From positions 1-64,000 of IMG/VR virus record IMGVR_UViG_3300013126_000012: 64,000 nucleotides of DNA; one strand, given 5' to 3'. Positions 40,201 to 50,526 of this stretch are shown piece by piece; position 1 is the stretch's first letter, and each line of letters opens with the position of its first letter. The notes under the pieces were generated by a model. That model saw only the letters and a list, made by a program, of their open reading frames with translations, was not told where the DNA came from and did not search any database. Position numbers and translations under genes: made by a program. The stretch comes from a virus.

Positions 40201-40418
40201 TACTTTTTAACTTTTATGGGTTGAAATTCTTCTGGAATAGAACCACAGTCATCGCATCTAAATACTGGAATTGGTACCATGGTATCTTTATCGGCACCCG
40301 TTAAAAATTTAGATACTTTGTTGATAGCCATTACTTGTCGAAAATACATTCCGTTGCATTCGGCGCACGTAATTGGTTGCATATCGTTTGGACCAATATT
40401 AACATTTAATTTACTCAT
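40200..40418 (-). CDS. Small Zn-ribbon protein
   Basis: CAEC...CDDCG. Confidence 0.7.
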   Translation of the reverse strand: MSKLNVNIGPNDMQPITCAECNGMYFRQVMAINKVSKFLTGADKDTMVPIPVFRCDDCGSIPEEFQPIKVKK

Positions 40419-41341
40419 AATTCTCCTAATAAATTTACAAACATTGCCATTATGTTGATTTCTTTATCTACTACACTTGCATCTTTAAACTGCGATTCTG
40501 CTATAATCAAAATGCACGGAGCAATATGTCCATGTGCAAAATCATCTAAATTGTCATAAAGAAAAGTATACAATGGCGTAAAATCTTTTACTTTGCTATC
40601 AGCAATAACCTGACGTATTTTATTGAATGCAGCTTTTTTGTCTTTAGCATTTTTCAAAACTTCCAATATTTCCGTCATGTAATTTGCTTGAATTGCACTT
40701 GCTTTATCTAATTGCAATTTACCGTTAACAACAGATGCTTGTGCTGCATTGATTGCTCGGCGAATATCTGGATATGATGCATTGATGATTGCTGCTACAT
40801 CTTTAATATCATATGTAACACCCTTTTCATCTAATACCACAACCAATCGCTTTGCTACATCTGATTTGCTTGGAGGCGTAATAGCAAATGTTTGACAACG
40901 AGATTGAATTGGATCAATAATTTTTTCAACATAGTTACATGTTAAGATGAAACGCGTTGTTTTGCTATAAGTCTCCATTAAATTGCGAAGAGCAGCTTGA
41001 GCATTTGCGGTCATAAAATCGAATTCGTCGAGAATAATAACTTTCCAACGTTTAAAGCCGACCGACGATGCAAATCTAGATATTTTATCTCTAACGACAT
41101 CTACGGAATTTTCATCGGATGCATTAATATACATGGTTTGGCTATCAACTGCATTTGCTAAAATTTTAGCTAATGTAGTTTTACCCGTACCTGCCGATCC
41201 GTAAAATAATAAATGGGGCAATTCACCATTTTGTATCCAAATATTTGCTTTTCCTATTAACGCTTCGTTCCCGATATAACCATCTAATGTATTTGGTCTG
41301 AACGCCTCTGTCCACAAATCATGTTCTTTTTCTTGTTGCAT
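40415..41341 (-). CDS. Clamp loader AAA+ subunit (RFC small / T4 gp44-like)
   Basis: WTEAFRP, GSAGTGKT, INASDE, ILDEFD, QAALR, SRC. Confidence 0.95.
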   Translation of the reverse strand: MQQEKEHDLWTEAFRPNTLDGYIGNEALIGKANIWIQNGELPHLLFYGSAGTGKTTLAKILANAVDSQTMYINASDENSVDVVRDKISRFASSVGFKRWKVIILDEFDFMTANAQAALRNLMETYSKTTRFILTCNYVEKIIDPIQSRCQTFAITPPSKSDVAKRLVVVLDEKGVTYDIKDVAAIINASYPDIRRAINAAQASVVNGKLQLDKASAIQANYMTEILEVLKNAKDKKAAFNKIRQVIADSKVKDFTPLYTFLYDNLDDFAHGHIAPCILIIAESQFKDASVVDKEINIMAMFVNLLGEL

Positions 41342-42146
41342 AACATTTATTCAATTGTAATTTATTTTGACCTTCGAAGATTGTTTCATTTATATAATCT
41401 CGTATGATATCTTCACTTATAATAAGGAATTCTATATTATTCTCCAAGCAATATTGCTTAGCAGCTGATGTTTTATAATGATTATCTTTTATGTTAGATA
41501 ACGGTTTAACTTCAATTAAAATTCGATTAATTGGATCATAAAAATCTACAATATATGTTTTAGATTCATTATTGTTATCAATATATGGAATACGGATTGT
41601 TTCATATTGCCAATGTTGATTAGAAAACCATAAACATGCTTCCCAACTACTCCGAAATTTTTTAATTTCATTATCTATTTCTATAACAGCATCCCAATGC
41701 GTGAAACTATTTGTAATTTTTGGAGTAAATTCGTTATTTAAAATTTTTTGTTTTAAAATTTTTGAATTCTTAATGCCTACTCGTTTTTTAGTCTCAATTC
41801 CAACAGCTGTTTGGTAATATGTTTTAAGTTTTTCAGAATTTTGTCGTCCTACTGATTTTGCTGTATCTTTACCATAATCTGTTTGAAAAAATTTCAACTT
41901 AGATTTGGAAATTTTCTTTCCAATATCAGTCGTACGTTTACCTCTTTGCCAAACTCTATTTTCAGTGCAAGTTAAACAATAACTACGGTACCGTTGAGTA
42001 TTGATATATTGTATATTACAATGTGAACATATATGATCATAACCTTGTGTTTCACATTCAATACATAATGTTTTATTCCACACTCCAAAAAACGAAGTAT
42101 TGCACCTATTACAAATTTTTTTAATTGGTTTATATCCACCGCTCAT
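41319..42146 (-). mobile_element. Free-standing putative homing endonuclease (Zn fingers plus TnsA-like PD-(D/E)XK domain)
   Basis: Four CxxC pairs and FRSSWE...YE..RIPY...YIVDF...IEVKP. Inserted between dut and the clamp loader, with its own ATATTTAT motif. Confidence 0.7.
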
Positions 42147-42199
42147 AACTAATCTTTATTATAAATATGAGTATTCAGAATAAAAAAATCTGTTTCTAG

Positions 42200-42625
42200 T
42201 TATTTACCTGTTGATCCAAATCCTCCTAGCCCACGTTTTGTATCTGATAGTGAATCGGTTATTTGCCATTCTATTCGTTCTACACGAGACATAACCAGTT
42301 GTGCAATTCGATCGCCCTTTGCAAATTCGGCAACTGTGCTACTATGATTTATTAAAATAACACCAATTTCTCCTCGATAATCTGAATCAATAGTTCCTGG
42401 CGTATTCAACACGGTTACTCCATGTTTTAAAGCTAAACCACTGCGAGGTCTTACTTGAATTTCAAATCCTGCAGGAATTTCTACAAATAGACCCGTTTTT
42501 GCTAATAGTCGTTCTCCTGGATTCAATACAACTGATTCTGTACATCTTACATCCATACCGGCACTTTGTGGCGTTTCATATGCCGGTAACATATTTTCTG
42601 ATTCGTTTATTACTTGTACTTGCAT
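42200..42625 (-). CDS. dut: dUTPase (trimeric)
   Basis: AGMD, RPRSG, GTIDSDYRGE, RIAQL, RGLGGFGSTG. Confidence 0.96.
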   Translation of the reverse strand: MQVQVINESENMLPAYETPQSAGMDVRCTESVVLNPGERLLAKTGLFVEIPAGFEIQVRPRSGLALKHGVTVLNTPGTIDSDYRGEIGVILINHSSTVAEFAKGDRIAQLVMSRVERIEWQITDSLSDTKRGLGGFGSTGK

Positions 42626-42636
42626 ATTAATTTTAT

Positions 42637-43347
42637 TTAGTTCTGGAGCATCACTAACCAATAAGTTGATTCAAAATCTGCACCCGTAAATTCAATTCGA
42701 GCTAAACCATCTGGTGATACTTTTAATTCTCCGCTATCTCCACGATTTGCTACTAATACTTCTTTTAACTTATCTGCAGAAAAACAAACTGGATCCATTG
42801 TGGCCATTGTTGTTGGACCTACTTCAAATGAAATGTTATCTGCATTGACCGTTGTGTAATTAATAATAAATTTAACTTGTCCGTTAATAACTTGCACTGC
42901 AAAGTTTTTTGCATCTGGTAATGCATTTTTTGCTTTGATAAATTTGCTAACAAATTCTTCATTAACTGGAATAGTAATTTCATAATTAGGTTCTGCATTG
43001 ATTGAAGGTACTGCGGGAATAACTGTTGTGTCAGCTAACATAAAAGTTGCCTGCGTGCTACCTTCTGAAATTTTCATTGCATAATTTTTACCTGCTGCAT
43101 CTTTAACATCGATTGCAATATTCTCACCTAATGCACCTAGCATTTTAATCAAAGCGCCAGTATGATTAATTCCTAACATACCTGTCATGAATGGTGTTGT
43201 ATTCCATTTAATTTTACCTACGATGGTTTGATCTGTATCAATCAATTCGCATCCGATTGAATCTGTTTGTTCTTTTAAAATAACCGCTTCGCAATTGCCT
43301 GCTAAATAATAACGATTAATGAACGATTGTAACTTGCTTTTTTCCAT
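42637..43347 (-). CDS. DNA polymerase sliding clamp (gp45/PCNA-like)
   Basis: 236 aa with a clamp-like alpha/beta pattern ending in STYWLV; near the clamp loader and PolB. Confidence 0.65.
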   Translation of the reverse strand: MEKSKLQSFINRYYLAGNCEAVILKEQTDSIGCELIDTDQTIVGKIKWNTTPFMTGMLGINHTGALIKMLGALGENIAIDVKDAAGKNYAMKISEGSTQATFMLADTTVIPAVPSINAEPNYEITIPVNEEFVSKFIKAKNALPDAKNFAVQVINGQVKFIINYTTVNADNISFEVGPTTMATMDPVCFSADKLKEVLVANRGDSGELKVSPDGLARIEFTGADFESTYWLVMLQN

Positions 43348-43360
43348 TATTTATTCCAAT

Positions 43361-44620
43361 TTAAAATGTAAAGAATTTATTAAAATTTTCTGCATCAGTG
43401 GTTGATATACTGCTACCACCGAATTTTTTATATGTTTTGATGTATTTTTCATATACTTGCGGAGCCGAGTCTGGATCGGCAAACATTTCGTGCAAAGATA
43501 ATATTACATCATATAAGTCTCTAGGTATTACTGTTTCTAACAATTCAACGTGACTATCAACCATTTGATTGATTTCATTTGCAGCTTGTACATACAAATG
43601 CGTATTGTGAACTACCATTCGGGGCATTGCTTCTTGCGAATAGCGATCCAACCCGTCTGCTGTCTTACCGCCTAAATATTCATAAGTAAAATCTGCACAA
43701 GCCGGGCATCCCATAGAACACGGTACATGTTGAGTTAAGTCAATTGCAACCTCTCCGGTTTTGCCTTGCTTGATATGTGACTTTCTTCGATATTCGGCAT
43801 TCTTTGGAAAATACAATTCAGAGAATGATTGTGACTTGTAATTTGTTGAATGAAGATATGTTCCAAATACTGGATATTGTCCTGGAGATGAAGAATCTGT
43901 TGTGATATAAATTCTATTACCAGTTAATTCATTCATTAATTTTTGCAATGTAGCCAAAATAAAGAAATCTGAAATTTTACTAATACCAAGTAAGTGAACA
44001 TATTCTAATCGTTTATTTTCAAATTCTCGCTCTTTGAGCATCAAAGAAACTGCAAACATGAAATCAACTAATTTCTGCGGACCTCCAATTGCCCAACCTT
44101 GAAAATCAAAATGCTTAAATTTATGATACCACCAAGTATACTCATCTGCATTTGAACCTTGCAACATGTTTAAGAATTTTGTCTTGCCGCTTTGATTTTT
44201 TTCAAACCAAGCAAAATTATCAAAACTAATGTCAGCACAAAGTGCAAATTGATTTTTGTATTTTGTCTTAGGTGGGATATCTAAATTAGCTGCAACATCG
44301 CTGTTTGCTTCTAACCAATGAAAAATCTTTTCTCGCAATTCATTGCTATATGGTAATGCACCCGTTGCAATCTGATACCCGCCCGAGTCACCAAATACTA
44401 GCACATCTTTTTCTAATCCCATTTGATCGCGGAAATCCATTTTCTTGTAATGATGTCCTGCTGTAACCAGAAAGTATGGATGTCTCCAATCTGCAGGATA
44501 TCTAGAATCAAAGAATTTTACCGGATCGCCGCTTGTAAATTTCATATCTTTCTTAAATGCAGATACCATGCTGCCTGCAGATAAAGATGGAAAGTATATG
44601 AATCTTTTATTTTCGCTCAT
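43361..44620 (-). CDS. dpdA: TGT-fold 7-deazaguanine transglycosylase (DpdA-like)
   Basis: TGT motifs DSGGYQ, LDIP, LQG, AIGG, HLLG, TDSSS and Zn site CSMGCPAC...HN; co-located with folE/queD/queE and replication genes. Confidence 0.8.
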   Translation of the reverse strand: MSENKRFIYFPSLSAGSMVSAFKKDMKFTSGDPVKFFDSRYPADWRHPYFLVTAGHHYKKMDFRDQMGLEKDVLVFGDSGGYQIATGALPYSNELREKIFHWLEANSDVAANLDIPPKTKYKNQFALCADISFDNFAWFEKNQSGKTKFLNMLQGSNADEYTWWYHKFKHFDFQGWAIGGPQKLVDFMFAVSLMLKEREFENKRLEYVHLLGISKISDFFILATLQKLMNELTGNRIYITTDSSSPGQYPVFGTYLHSTNYKSQSFSELYFPKNAEYRRKSHIKQGKTGEVAIDLTQHVPCSMGCPACADFTYEYLGGKTADGLDRYSQEAMPRMVVHNTHLYVQAANEINQMVDSHVELLETVIPRDLYDVILSLHEMFADPDSAPQVYEKYIKTYKKFGGSSISTTDAENFNKFFTF

Positions 44621-45635
44621 CGTAGTCCTTTAAAGTATTAATTAATTTAGTTGCTGAAAAAAAGTTATTATGTAATTTTATTGCCAATTGTGCAATAGGT
44701 TCCGTTAAATCTTGTTGTTCGTATTGCAAAATTGCTTTTACTGCAGAATCAACGCTGTCTGCTTGTTTAAACATATAATCATACATTTCTACATATGACA
44801 ATCTATTTGGAACTATAGGGCATGCACCGGCACAAGCTGATTCATACATTGAAATGCCCAATGTTTCTTGATCTGCAAATGAAACTGCAAATCGTGCACG
44901 TTGAAGCAATTCATGATATTGTTGTTTATTTAAATTCATTTCCATTGCAACGCAAAATTGATAATGTTGCAATTCTGGACGAGCTGCCAATTCTAAAAAT
45001 AAATCTAAACGTTTTTCTGGTGCAATGCGATGCGGGAATACAATGATATTTTCTTTTTGTGACCAAATGCGAGATGCAATCATATTGTGGGTATATTCCA
45101 TTGGCCAACCTGTTTTGTTAAAAGATCTGTCGTGTGAAATATAATATGTTTTACTCATTAATTTAAAATGTGCTGCAGTTGCAATCCAATTATGATCATA
45201 TGCCGCAATCATTGCTTGTTCAGCGTGTCTAATCCATGGTTTATCTCCTACGAGACGACCTAAAAAGTCATTTGGGTCATATGAACCCGCGTGCCAAAGT
45301 CCGTGCGTTACAACGGGAATATTTAGGAGTTCGCTCATGTATTTAACATTGATAATACCTGGATGCCAAGCATCTGTAAATATGATATGATCGCCTTCTT
45401 GTATGTGTCCGCGAGTAAACATATATGACAATGTATGTACTTGTTTTGCTTTATACATATTAGTGCCACCAAAGTTTAAAAATGCACCTGGTGTCGTTGC
45501 TTCCGGAATATTTGAATCTCCTTCTACTACAACTACTTCAAAACCAACGTCTTCTAACAATTTAGGTATATGTGTCTTCCATTCGCAAGTATAACGCGTA
45601 GGAACTGATTCTATGTCAACTAAAAATATTTTCAT
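44607..45635 (-). CDS. GT-B glycosyltransferase coupled to the dpdA-like gene
   Basis: FPHRIAPEK and QETLGISMYE GT4-like donor motifs; HAGSYD; overlaps the dpdA start. Confidence 0.8.
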   Translation of the reverse strand: MKIFLVDIESVPTRYTCEWKTHIPKLLEDVGFEVVVVEGDSNIPEATTPGAFLNFGGTNMYKAKQVHTLSYMFTRGHIQEGDHIIFTDAWHPGIINVKYMSELLNIPVVTHGLWHAGSYDPNDFLGRLVGDKPWIRHAEQAMIAAYDHNWIATAAHFKLMSKTYYISHDRSFNKTGWPMEYTHNMIASRIWSQKENIIVFPHRIAPEKRLDLFLELAARPELQHYQFCVAMEMNLNKQQYHELLQRARFAVSFADQETLGISMYESACAGACPIVPNRLSYVEMYDYMFKQADSVDSAVKAILQYEQQDLTEPIAQLAIKLHNNFFSATKLINTLKDYDERK

Positions 45636-45654
45636 AACTTATTATATAAAATTA

Positions 45655-46239
45655 TTATATCATATCCAAATAATGTTGAATATGTTCTGGAATATAAATA
45701 ATTTTTTCTCGTTTTTTTGAATTTTCAATTCCTGGTATGATTTGTAAATTTTTTATATCTCCTATTAATTCAGCAGGAATTTTATTATCAAATCCTTTAG
45801 ATTTAGGATAAATATGATCAATCGCATATCCGCCAATTGATATATGTCCAATTTTATCAAAATTTTCTAATGTGTGTAATGGTTGTTTTTTTGTAATTCG
45901 TAAAACTTCTAATATATACAAATATCTGTCATCTTTTGTTTCGGCCCATTGTTCTGCTGTCATTCCAAATTGTGCCAAAAAATATTTATCCCGATACTGT
46001 AAATCAAACATTGGATTATTTTCTTTTAACCATTTACTATGCTCTGGGCGTTGTTTTCCTTTACTCCAAGCAGGTTTACCATACATTGGATTATTTTGTC
46101 CCGTAGATGAACAACTTTTACATACTCTAAATTTTTTTTCAGCTTCCCGGGACGTTTTTATATGATTTTTTCCATTATACTTTAATTCAGTATTACAAAG
46201 AGGACATGAACGTAAACTATATGTATCTAAATGTTTCAT
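45655..46239 (-). mobile_element. Free-standing HNH homing endonuclease with NUMOD3-like/Zn motifs
   Basis: CPLC...CKSC, GQNNPMYGKPAWSKG, IDHIYP...NLQII...N..K. Confidence 0.78.
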
Positions 46240-46283
46240 TTAATATAAATATAACATATGTTCAAAATCTTCCCTAATCTTCC

Positions 46284-46637
46284 CTAATCTCGCTCAACAA
46301 CACAACCATTTTCCCAATCTTCCCAAACTTCTACTTTGTAAAGAGCCGGAAAACGTTCTAATAACCATTCTCCGATTGCTTCGCACGACATTGAACCAAA
46401 CTCTAATACATTGGGAGTTTCTTTTGTAAATCCAATTCGAAGTTCTTTTTGTATTTTTCTATTTAACAGGATAAATTCTTCATCGCGATCTGTATGTGTT
46501 ACTCGTGCATAACAACGAAATCCAAACATATGTCGATGTCGATCTGATAAGAATTCTACTTCCGGAAAAATGTCTTTTGCATCGGGCCAACAATGAAACC
46601 CTTCAATATTAAATGTTACTACTACGCTGTACTTCAT
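46284..46637 (-). CDS. QueD-paralogous T-fold protein (DpdL-like, putative CDG decarboxylase)
   Basis: EGFHCWP, LSDRHRHMF (LxxxHRHxF), SCE, VWED.ENG; distinct from the canonical QueD at 52113. Confidence 0.7.
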   Translation of the reverse strand: MKYSVVVTFNIEGFHCWPDAKDIFPEVEFLSDRHRHMFGFRCYARVTHTDRDEEFILLNRKIQKELRIGFTKETPNVLEFGSMSCEAIGEWLLERFPALYKVEVWEDWENGCVVERD

Positions 46638-47025
46638 CTGCTATTAATTTTTTATATTTAGTTGTTGACCAACCATGGTCTCTGTTTAAGTATCGAATTG
46701 GAAGATCTAAATCATCGCCAGTAAATGATTTACCAATGTAATCATCGCCTAGGAATCTAACATTAAAGTTTCCTTTAACTAGAGCTTCATATAACTGAGC
46801 TTCCGTTTTATATGGAAATACAAAATCAACTTGTACAAGTGAATCAAGTATTTTTACTCGGTCGCTCCAATGTAATATTGGTTTAAGTTTTTCTGGTCGT
46901 TCAATGGATGGATCTTCGTGTAAACATACTATTAATTTATCGCAGTGCTTTTTGCATTCATCAAACATTGCAATATACCCGGGGTGTATTACGTCAAAAT
47001 TTCCTGCTATAACTCCTCTTATCAT
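46609..47025 (-). CDS. Cytidylyltransferase-family protein (TagD/RfaE-II-like)
   Basis: GNFDVIHPGY (HxGH variant), KPI...R, GDDY, STT. Confidence 0.85.
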   Translation of the reverse strand: MIRGVIAGNFDVIHPGYIAMFDECKKHCDKLIVCLHEDPSIERPEKLKPILHWSDRVKILDSLVQVDFVFPYKTEAQLYEALVKGNFNVRFLGDDYIGKSFTGDDLDLPIRYLNRDHGWSTTKYKKLIADEVQRSSNI

Positions 47026-47444
47026 TGTCTATCAAATTTGTAATCATCTGGAGTAACATGTTGCATATTGTGCACGGTTGTACAATACAATGAATAATCT
47101 GCATATACAACTTTGATGCTATCTGTTTTCTTTAACAATGCAGCATCTTCACAATCTAACATCAATAAGATGTGTGCTCGAATTCTAATCATCGGCGGAA
47201 CATGTTTCAACATGCCCGGAGTAACTTCTATGGTAACAAATGTAGTATCCGTTATCATATCAAATATTGAACTCCACGCTTTACGATCAACTAATTGCTG
47301 CGTTGCAGGCGAACAAATATAAATGTGCGCGCAAGGAGTCAATTTTTCATGTGTTGCTTTCATATCCGCAATGAATAGCGTTTCGATATCGGTAAATCGT
47401 CCTTCAACTTCTTTACCATACCAATGTGTCTTATAACCAATCAT
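47022..47444 (-). CDS. Hypothetical protein, first gene of the modification operon
   Basis: GKEVEG...TLF...HIY; TTGGA...TATAAT motif directly upstream. Confidence 0.7.
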   Translation of the reverse strand: MIGYKTHWYGKEVEGRFTDIETLFIADMKATHEKLTPCAHIYICSPATQQLVDRKAWSSIFDMITDTTFVTIEVTPGMLKHVPPMIRIRAHILLMLDCEDAALLKKTDSIKVVYADYSLYCTTVHNMQHVTPDDYKFDRQ

Positions 47445-47480
47445 ACTTTATTATAATAAATTTATTCTTATTTTCCAAAT
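47445..47480 (-). promoter_or_regulatory. Representative TTGGA-N~17-TATA[AT]T promoter-like motif (class A)
   Basis: TTTGGAAAATAAGAATAAATTTATTATAATAAAGT-ATG. Similar copies have plus-strand TCCAA at 1043, 8477, 9740, 9890, 14461, 38031, 45665, 53320 and 60487. Confidence 0.7.
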
Positions 47481-49984
47481 GAAAAAAACTTTGCCACTGA
47501 ATTATTTTCTGGAAATGCTCCCCAATTCATTGCAGCATAAAAATCATCCAATTTATTTTTTAATTCTTTTTCAAATATTTTGTTTCGATCTATATATTGT
47601 GTAACAAATTCTTCAATTTCTTTTGGATCTTGATAGCCTCGCAATGCCATTGTATCAAATCCATATGGATTATCTGATAAGTATGCCCATTTTACTTTTT
47701 CTCCGTTTTGAATAGGTTGGATGTCTCGGATTTTATGCAATGTTAATAAATCATTGAAATTGATTGCTGACTTAACATGTGCCGGAGTTCCAGATACATA
47801 TCCAGTAAATGGTTTGCGACCTTTTGTGAATTTTGATATTTCTTTGACACCTGAATTCTTCATTACATTGAGTACGGGTGATTTCTGTATGTTGCGTTTA
47901 AATTCATGTATCATATCCGTTGTAGCAGTCTTATCTCGTTCTTTAAGAATATGCCACAATGTTTCTTTCATGATTTTTTTGAAATCTTCTGGAAATGATG
48001 ATCTAACAACATCTAATCCTTTGATATCTAATTTATCCGTAGGTTTGCCTTCCTTAAAAATTACCCATTGTGCATATCGTTTCTTTGCAATCCATAAACC
48101 AGATTTTGCAACATATTCTTGTTTGATTTGCCAACGATGCGATGTGGTATTATGAAATACTTCAGCATATCGATCATACATTTGATTTACCAATGCTTGT
48201 ACTTCTGATGCAATTGCATTGGTTTGTGCAATCATAAATTGTTCGTCTGATTCATCATATCCAGGAAACCGTTTTGCAATAAGTGGCAAGCTAGATACAA
48301 ATGTTGAATCTGTATCTGTATAAAAAGCAAATTCTGCTTTGCCATTAGTTGCATTAACAAAATGATCTTGTCCCGTCTCTTTTGCATAATGATTGTTAAT
48401 TACCTTTGCTGAAAATTTGATTACTGCTTGACCAGTTGCCGTAATAGCACCTGCATTATCTAAATCATGAAACCGAAACGTTTTAAGTCCCAATACTCCA
48501 TAAAATGAATTAAGAAGTACTTTTTGTGTTAACTGCATTGCATCGTAGAATTTATATTCTTCTGACCCTACTTCATATTCATCTCGTTTGTCTTTAAATT
48601 CAACCCGTTCATTAAACCATTTTTCTAGAATGGTTGGTAAGAATCCTCTTCGGTCATTTGTGTAAACTGTGCCATTACTTGCAACTGTATAATTATTATC
48701 AGATAACCATGCTTTAACGTGTGGAACATAAGTACCATTTTGTAATGTTATTTGTTGTGGGTCTGATTTCAATAAGCATTCTTGGTCCCAATTTTGAATT
48801 ACGCCTAATTTAGTTTCAGGAGAAATATTCAAACTCATAATGATGCTTGGATAAAGTGACGTTAAATCTAAGTCATAAATCCATTTGTATAATCCTGGTA
48901 CGGGATCTTTTACATATGCTCCAGCAAGTGCATCTGCTTCCGTTTCTTCTTCAACAAATCTAAATTGTTTGTTAGGAGCAACTAATCCATTGCGTTTCAA
49001 ATCTACAATTGCAGCACCATCCAAATATTTGGATGCATAATATACATCCTCATATGGAACGTGCCCTTTATGGCATATGGTTCTTGCAAGTGCAATTAAT
49101 TGCAATTTGTCATCCATTTCATAAATAAGATCAACGTCGGTAACGTTATATTCTACAAATTTATGAATGTCTTCTGCAAACAATTGATCTAAATCTCCTT
49201 CATATTCAACCTTACCTCTGCCCAATTCCTTTTTAGCAACCGTGTCTAATCGATAATTTGGTAATTCAGTGTATGTAAACTTTTTATACAATGTTAAATA
49301 ATCTAAACTAGATACGCCAAATATTTTGTATCGACCTCTATTTTTATTCCATTCAACGATACCTGCAGGAGATAACTTTTTAATTGCCTGTGCACCTAAT
49401 ACTTTTTTAATGCGATTGATCAGATATGGAATATCGAAATTATCCGTATTCCAACCTGTAATTACTGTGGGTTGTATTTCTGCAAATGCATTGATAAAAC
49501 GCATCAACATGTTTGCTTCTGAATCAAATATTTCTACCTGATATTTATTAGTAGCAAATGAATCGTGTTTCACTCTTCTTTCTTCATCTAACAGCAAAAC
49601 TTGCATGGTACGCCCAGCTTTATCATAATATGCAATGGACGTTATTCGCGAACGAGCTTCTTCAGGAGTCGAATACCCATCTTCGTCCCGCTCTACTTCG
49701 ATATCAAAGAAAAAGTCTCTATGTCCTTTGGAAACTAAATCGCTTTCGTAATAAAGGTCGATAAGCGTACGCATTTCTTCGTTTAAATCAGATTCATATG
49801 CAGTAGCATTGTCTTTCCAATTGCCATCAACCCGATCCAATCGCACGCCATCTAATGATTGATATTGTCCTGTATCTGATGGTAAATATGCATACGGTTT
49901 GAATGGGAACTTTTGATGTCCTAACTCATCATCCCATACGTGCATAATACCAGTTTTTTTATCGTAACCTATTGCTTGAAACAT
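47468..49984 (-). CDS. polB: Family B DNA polymerase
   Basis: ExoI FDIE, ExoII GWN...FDIPY, ExoIII YNVTD, DLTSLYPS, KVLLNSFYG, YTDTDS, KKRYA. Confidence 0.97.
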   Translation of the reverse strand: MFQAIGYDKKTGIMHVWDDELGHQKFPFKPYAYLPSDTGQYQSLDGVRLDRVDGNWKDNATAYESDLNEEMRTLIDLYYESDLVSKGHRDFFFDIEVERDEDGYSTPEEARSRITSIAYYDKAGRTMQVLLLDEERRVKHDSFATNKYQVEIFDSEANMLMRFINAFAEIQPTVITGWNTDNFDIPYLINRIKKVLGAQAIKKLSPAGIVEWNKNRGRYKIFGVSSLDYLTLYKKFTYTELPNYRLDTVAKKELGRGKVEYEGDLDQLFAEDIHKFVEYNVTDVDLIYEMDDKLQLIALARTICHKGHVPYEDVYYASKYLDGAAIVDLKRNGLVAPNKQFRFVEEETEADALAGAYVKDPVPGLYKWIYDLDLTSLYPSIIMSLNISPETKLGVIQNWDQECLLKSDPQQITLQNGTYVPHVKAWLSDNNYTVASNGTVYTNDRRGFLPTILEKWFNERVEFKDKRDEYEVGSEEYKFYDAMQLTQKVLLNSFYGVLGLKTFRFHDLDNAGAITATGQAVIKFSAKVINNHYAKETGQDHFVNATNGKAEFAFYTDTDSTFVSSLPLIAKRFPGYDESDEQFMIAQTNAIASEVQALVNQMYDRYAEVFHNTTSHRWQIKQEYVAKSGLWIAKKRYAQWVIFKEGKPTDKLDIKGLDVVRSSFPEDFKKIMKETLWHILKERDKTATTDMIHEFKRNIQKSPVLNVMKNSGVKEISKFTKGRKPFTGYVSGTPAHVKSAINFNDLLTLHKIRDIQPIQNGEKVKWAYLSDNPYGFDTMALRGYQDPKEIEEFVTQYIDRNKIFEKELKNKLDDFYAAMNWGAFPENNSVAKFFSFGK

Positions 49985-49997
49985 TAATCCTTTTGTT

Positions 49998-50219
49998 TTA
50001 TGATTTTTTCAGTAATCTATAAATTCCATAAACATTGATTGCAATTATAACTAAACTTAAAACTAGATGACTGTAATTGTCAATAAAAAAATCATATGTA
50101 ATCCAACCAGTATCACCAACGATCCATGTAATCATTGCGGCTTTTGTCCAGCCTCTTGCATTTGAAATGTATCCAGCTAATACCAAAGCTGTACTAAACC
50201 ATCCTAACGTTTCTATCAT
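49998..50219 (-). CDS. Small 3-TM membrane protein (PnuC-fragment-like)
   Basis: LGW...LAG, WIVGD..W, INVYGIY. Confidence 0.55.
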   Translation of the reverse strand: MIETLGWFSTALVLAGYISNARGWTKAAMITWIVGDTGWITYDFFIDNYSHLVLSLVIIAINVYGIYRLLKKS

Positions 50220-50512
50220 TATTGTTTAATTAAAGCAATTTCAGATTCTCGAACCAATTGATATTTTTCTCCGGCAATTGAAACTTCTTTGTGATCTCCA
50301 ATTTGGTTGGAATGAATCATAACTTCATCGCCTTCTGCAACAGTCATTGGAATTCTGGTACCTGTAGCAGTAAAAAGTCCTGGTCCTATTTTTACAACGT
50401 CTGCATAACGATAATCATTTGTGCCGGTCATTATGATAATGCCGCTGGTTGTTTTGTCTGTTTTTTCGTGTAATTTTAGTAACACTTGATCTCCGGTTGG
50501 TAACCAATTCAT
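50219..50512 (-). CDS. groES: Co-chaperonin GroES
   Basis: PTGDQVL, TTSGIII, VVKIGPG, VAEGDEV, LVRESEI. Confidence 0.92.
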   Translation of the reverse strand: MNWLPTGDQVLLKLHEKTDKTTSGIIIMTGTNDYRYADVVKIGPGLFTATGTRIPMTVAEGDEVMIHSNQIGDHKEVSIAGEKYQLVRESEIALIKQ

Positions 50513-50526
50513 AACTTATTCCTTTT

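Noticed and set aside
43361-44620. Ordinary tRNA-guanine transglycosylase for queuosine
   Set aside because: Disfavoured but not excluded. The sequence is divergent from bacterial Tgt, no QueA/QueF/QueG is seen, and the gene lies between PolB and the sliding clamp.
46265-46290. Short tandem AATCTTCCCT repeat upstream of the HNH gene
   Set aside because: Only about 2.5 copies of 10 bp; at most an insertion scar, with no supportable function.
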